Below are positions 60,707 through 64,000 of a stretch of DNA of 64,000 nt, piece after piece. The stretch comes from an uncultured Poribacteria bacterium (GTDB taxonomy: Bacteria > Poribacteria > WGA-4E > WGA-3G): contig OX638351.1 in NCBI GenBank assembly GCA_951813565.1, forward strand, positions 4,768,001-4,832,000. The letters run 5' to 3'. A program made the translations under genes and the position numbers. Below the pieces are notes generated by a model. It was not told the DNA's origin, made no database searches, and saw nothing but the letters and a program-made list of their open reading frames with translations. Every line of letters begins with the position of its first letter. The stretch's first letter is position 1.

Positions 60707-62917
60707 CTACGGAGACAGGTTAATAGGCACAATCCATCCCTTTGTGTCGGCAGGTTTGTAGGTATTATCCCGTAGATAATCCGAAGTGTGCCATAAGCAG
60801 AGGCTTTTTCCGTCCGGCATCCAGACGATAGAGGCGAGTTTCATTGATGTACGGGCAATCGGATATTTCTTGCCACTATCTAAGTCATATATCCAAATCT
60901 TCCAACGGAGTCCAACACAATCTTCACGTTCTAAATATGCTAACCGTTTCCCAGTTGGCGACCATGCAGGTGCAGTGTGCTTGATAATTTGGTGTTTCGC
61001 TGATTCGTCAGTAATTCCTGCAATGTGAAGCCGTTTATCAAAAAAAGGGTCAGCACGATTGCTTCCGGAAAGCACGTAAGCGATTTGTGTGCTGTCGGGT
61101 GACCACCGCAACTGCCGGACACGTTGATGTTGCGTTGGAATCTGTTTCAAACGTTCCCCTTCTACATTTTGGATACGTATCGCTGCGTACGGCACTGTTC
61201 CGTTGCCGACTTTTTGATCTTGTGTCACCTCAAAAGCGAGTGTATCTCCATCTGGCGACCAAGAAGGCGCGTGCCAATAGGTGTACTCTTGCCGAGTTCG
61301 TTTAAATAAAACTCGCGCAACGCTCCTACTGCCGCTACCGTCACTGTTAATCCGATAAATATAGTCATAACCCTTTTCGCGCCGTCTAAACGCCAATTGA
61401 TTAGCAGTAGGTGACCAAGTTGGTGCTGCACCTTTTACCAGTTTTTTGATATGTCCAAATTTCCAATCGGCAGTCAAAATAAATCGATCACCATCTATTT
61501 CGGCTTCAAATGCCAATAGACGACTATCCAATGACCAAGAAACATGTGGATTGTAAAACTGACCGGTATGGAGTTTTCGCGATCGTTTCCCCTCTTTGTC
61601 CATAATCCAGAGTTCACTCGCCTTCCAATAACTTCCACTCAGATCGGTTCTTTTCAGCATGGCAACGCGTTCACCATCTGGACTCCAATAAGGGTATTCT
61701 GCACCTTTGATCAGATGTATTATCCGAGGCTTTCCACAAAAGTTGGTGTTCAACAGCATCCCATCTGTTTCTTCAAATTGCCCAAAAGCAAATCTATCTA
61801 TCCATACTTGTTCCTTATTCGGTAGTTCAACCTGATACCAATTCTGTGCGGTTTGAAGAATCGGCAAGTACGTGCCATCATTGAGTCGGTATAAAGGTGA
61901 AGTTCCATTTTTCTCTGCATAAACAGGCGCATTATCACGCGTAACAAAACCATGCTCACGTGTATCATCTGCAATCGGTGTACTTTCGGTGGCATTGGCA
62001 AACGCATAGATTGCACCGTCAGTAGATGCTGCATAGAGGACACCATCTGAAATCGCAGGTGCTGCATTCACAGGACCGCCAACCTGATGAGACCAAACTT
62101 CTGTTTTAGACGTTGTATGAATCGCATGAATTTTTCCATTGAGCGCACCGATATATACGAAACCGTTTGCAGTGATCGGAAAACTCTCACTTCCTTCTGT
62201 ATATTTACGCCATAAATTCGTGTTATACTGTGGAATAACGGGACGAAACTCTGCATTCGTACATCCATATTCTATTCCGTTGATTGTAACCATGCGTTGA
62301 CGTTCCGACTTAAGTTTACCAGTGATGGCATCCAGTAGGTAAATTCGTGTTGGAAATGCGCCAGTATAGACTGTGCCATCAAAAACAACTGGCGGTGAGT
62401 CCATCCAACCTCTGGCTTTGAATTCCCAAAGGACGTCTCCCGTTTCTGCATTAAGCGCGTAGAATAGGTTATCACGTGTGCTGAAATAGACGCGTCCTCC
62501 CCAAACAACAGCTGAAAAACGGATTGCACTGCCAGCATTGAAAACCCATTTTATTCCCCATTCTTTAGCATCTAAAGCATAAAGTTTGCCATCTGTAGAA
62601 CCGATATAAAGTATCTCGTTAGCTACCACCGGAGATGCGCTTATAGGACCGCCAGTCTTAAATTGCCACAACAACTGTAGTGGAGGCTTAAGTTTCTTGT
62701 CCGGGCTTTTGCCTGATAACTGCAAGTCGTGCATAAACATGTGCCAATCTTCAGCACGAAGAGGGGTAATAGGCGGCGTAATGACTTCAGGAGAATCGGT
62801 CTTTGGGGCAGGTGAATTCTGAGGTTTATCTGGCGAATTACAAGCCAAAAGGAAAAACAGAGGGACGAAAAAAAATAAAAATGCTATGAAAATTATGAAT
62901 TTTGCGTTTTGAAGCAT
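60707..62917 (-). CDS. Lipoprotein with PQQ-like beta-propeller, SH3-like segment and TolB-like (PD40) repeats
   Basis: Lipobox LLAC; YIGSTDGKLYALDA repeats; WSPDG repeats. Confidence 0.88.
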   Translation of the reverse strand: MLQNAKFIIFIAFLFFFVPLFFLLACNSPDKPQNSPAPKTDSPEVITPPITPLRAEDWHMFMHDLQLSGKSPDKKLKPPLQLLWQFKTGGPISASPVVANEILYIGSTDGKLYALDAKEWGIKWVFNAGSAIRFSAVVWGGRVYFSTRDNLFYALNAETGDVLWEFKARGWMDSPPVVFDGTVYTGAFPTRIYLLDAITGKLKSERQRMVTINGIEYGCTNAEFRPVIPQYNTNLWRKYTEGSESFPITANGFVYIGALNGKIHAIHTTSKTEVWSHQVGGPVNAAPAISDGVLYAASTDGAIYAFANATESTPIADDTREHGFVTRDNAPVYAEKNGTSPLYRLNDGTYLPILQTAQNWYQVELPNKEQVWIDRFAFGQFEETDGMLLNTNFCGKPRIIHLIKGAEYPYWSPDGERVAMLKRTDLSGSYWKASELWIMDKEGKRSRKLHTGQFYNPHVSWSLDSRLLAFEAEIDGDRFILTADWKFGHIKKLVKGAAPTWSPTANQLAFRRREKGYDYIYRINSDGSGSRSVARVLFKRTRQEYTYWHAPSWSPDGDTLAFEVTQDQKVGNGTVPYAAIRIQNVEGERLKQIPTQHQRVRQLRWSPDSTQIAYVLSGSNRADPFFDKRLHIAGITDESAKHQIIKHTAPAWSPTGKRLAYLEREDCVGLRWKIWIYDLDSGKKYPIARTSMKLASIVWMPDGKSLCLWHTSDYLRDNTYKPADTKGWIVPINLSP

Positions 62918-63088
62918 GATTAGCAAAGTAAGCGTAACATGTAGAATATATGAAGTAACGAAAATCCGTTACCACTAATATAACATGTGGACACATATAT
63001 GTCAACTTTTCTTGAAATTGTGTCAATTTTGTGATAAAATTCCTTTTTTACAAACATAACCCGATGTCAAGCACAAACGGTGAAAGAA

Positions 63089-64000
63089 ATGAATAAATTA
63101 TTGGCAGAGGTAGACCCACAAATTGTTGAAATTACCACCAAAGACTTGGCACGCCAGCAAAATTCTCTTATGCTGATTCCATCGGAGAACTATGCCAGCC
63201 GAGCTGTTATGGAAATTCAGGGGAGTATCTTAGCAAATAAATACGCAGAAGGGTATCCTGGTGAACGTTACTATAATGGTTGTGAGTTTATGGATGACGT
63301 GGAATCGCTTGCAATTGAACGCGCTAAAGCACTCTTCGGTGCTGAGCACGTCAACGTCCAACCACATGCTGGCACACAGGCGAATATGGCAGCCTATCAT
63401 GCACTGCTTGACCCTGGCGACACTATCTTAGCAATGTCTCTCAGTCACGGTGGGCATCTAAGTCATGGCGATAAAGTGAACTTTTCTGGTCGTTATTACA
63501 ATGTGGTTGCTTACGGCGTAGATGCTGAAACTGAGTTAATTGATATGGAAACGGTTGCGAGTCTTGCAGAGCAGCATCGTCCAAAACTAATCGTTGTCGG
63601 GGCAACCGCATATCCACGTCACTTTGATTTTGCTATGTGGCGGCAGGTTGCCGATTCCGTTGGGGCATACTTGCTTGCAGATATAGCACATATTGCAGGT
63701 CTGATCGCGGGTGGTGTTCATCCTGACCCGGTCCCATACAGTGATGTGGTTACAACAACAACACATAAAACCTTACGCGGTCCTCGCGGCGCGATGATAA
63801 TGTGTAAAGCTGAACATGCAGCCAAGATAGATCGTGCTGTTTTTCCCGGTTTACAAGGTGGGCCCTTCCTGCATACAATCGCTGCAAGGGCAGTTGCCTT
63901 TAAGGAAGCGAGCGAACCTGAGTTTAAAATATATCAAGCACAGATTGTAAAAAATGCTAAAGCACTTGCCGAGAGATTAATTGAAAATGGGTTTAGATTA
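63089..64000 (+). CDS. glyA: Serine hydroxymethyltransferase (3' truncated by window edge)
   Basis: [44 protein letters not shown]. Confidence 0.96.
   Translation, partial: MNKLLAEVDPQIVEITTKDLARQQNSLMLIPSENYASRAVMEIQGSILANKYAEGYPGERYYNGCEFMDDVESLAIERAKALFGAEHVNVQPHAGTQANMAAYHALLDPGDTILAMSLSHGGHLSHGDKVNFSGRYYNVVAYGVDAETELIDMETVASLAEQHRPKLIVVGATAYPRHFDFAMWRQVADSVGAYLLADIAHIAGLIAGGVHPDPVPYSDVVTTTTHKTLRGPRGAMIMCKAEHAAKIDRAVFPGLQGGPFLHTIAARAVAFKEASEPEFKIYQAQIVKNAKALAERLIENGFRL

Overview
Chromosomal window from a bacterium that I infer is Candidatus Poribacteria-like, based on a LamG protein ending VEPQGKLTTKWAYIK, a CRTAC1/ASPIC-UnbV protein and lineage-type secreted Cys/His-rich proteins. It carries housekeeping and metabolic genes (topA, accD, hisA, partial glyA, ftsEX-like pair, polX-PHP, ABC transporters), a type III restriction-modification pair, and a Fur-boxed iron/heme uptake cluster whose ATPase is truncated by a MITE. 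Intergenic DNA is densely packed with nested mobile elements: two IS630 copies, an IS4/IS701-like element, a TnpB IS200/IS605 element splitting a dam-like gene, several MITE families, and tiny hairpin elements that insert into REPs and into each other. The best leads are: (1) a minimal tyrosine recombinase next to a 15-6-15 palindromic site, (2) a GTPase-degenerate EF-Tu paralog, (3) a promoter/terminator-bounded structured RNA antisense to the leader of a secreted-protein operon, (4) an IS+MITE composite transposon with an 11-bp target duplication and a cargo gene, and (5) orphan Fur boxes. All calls come from reading motifs by eye; no database searches were run.
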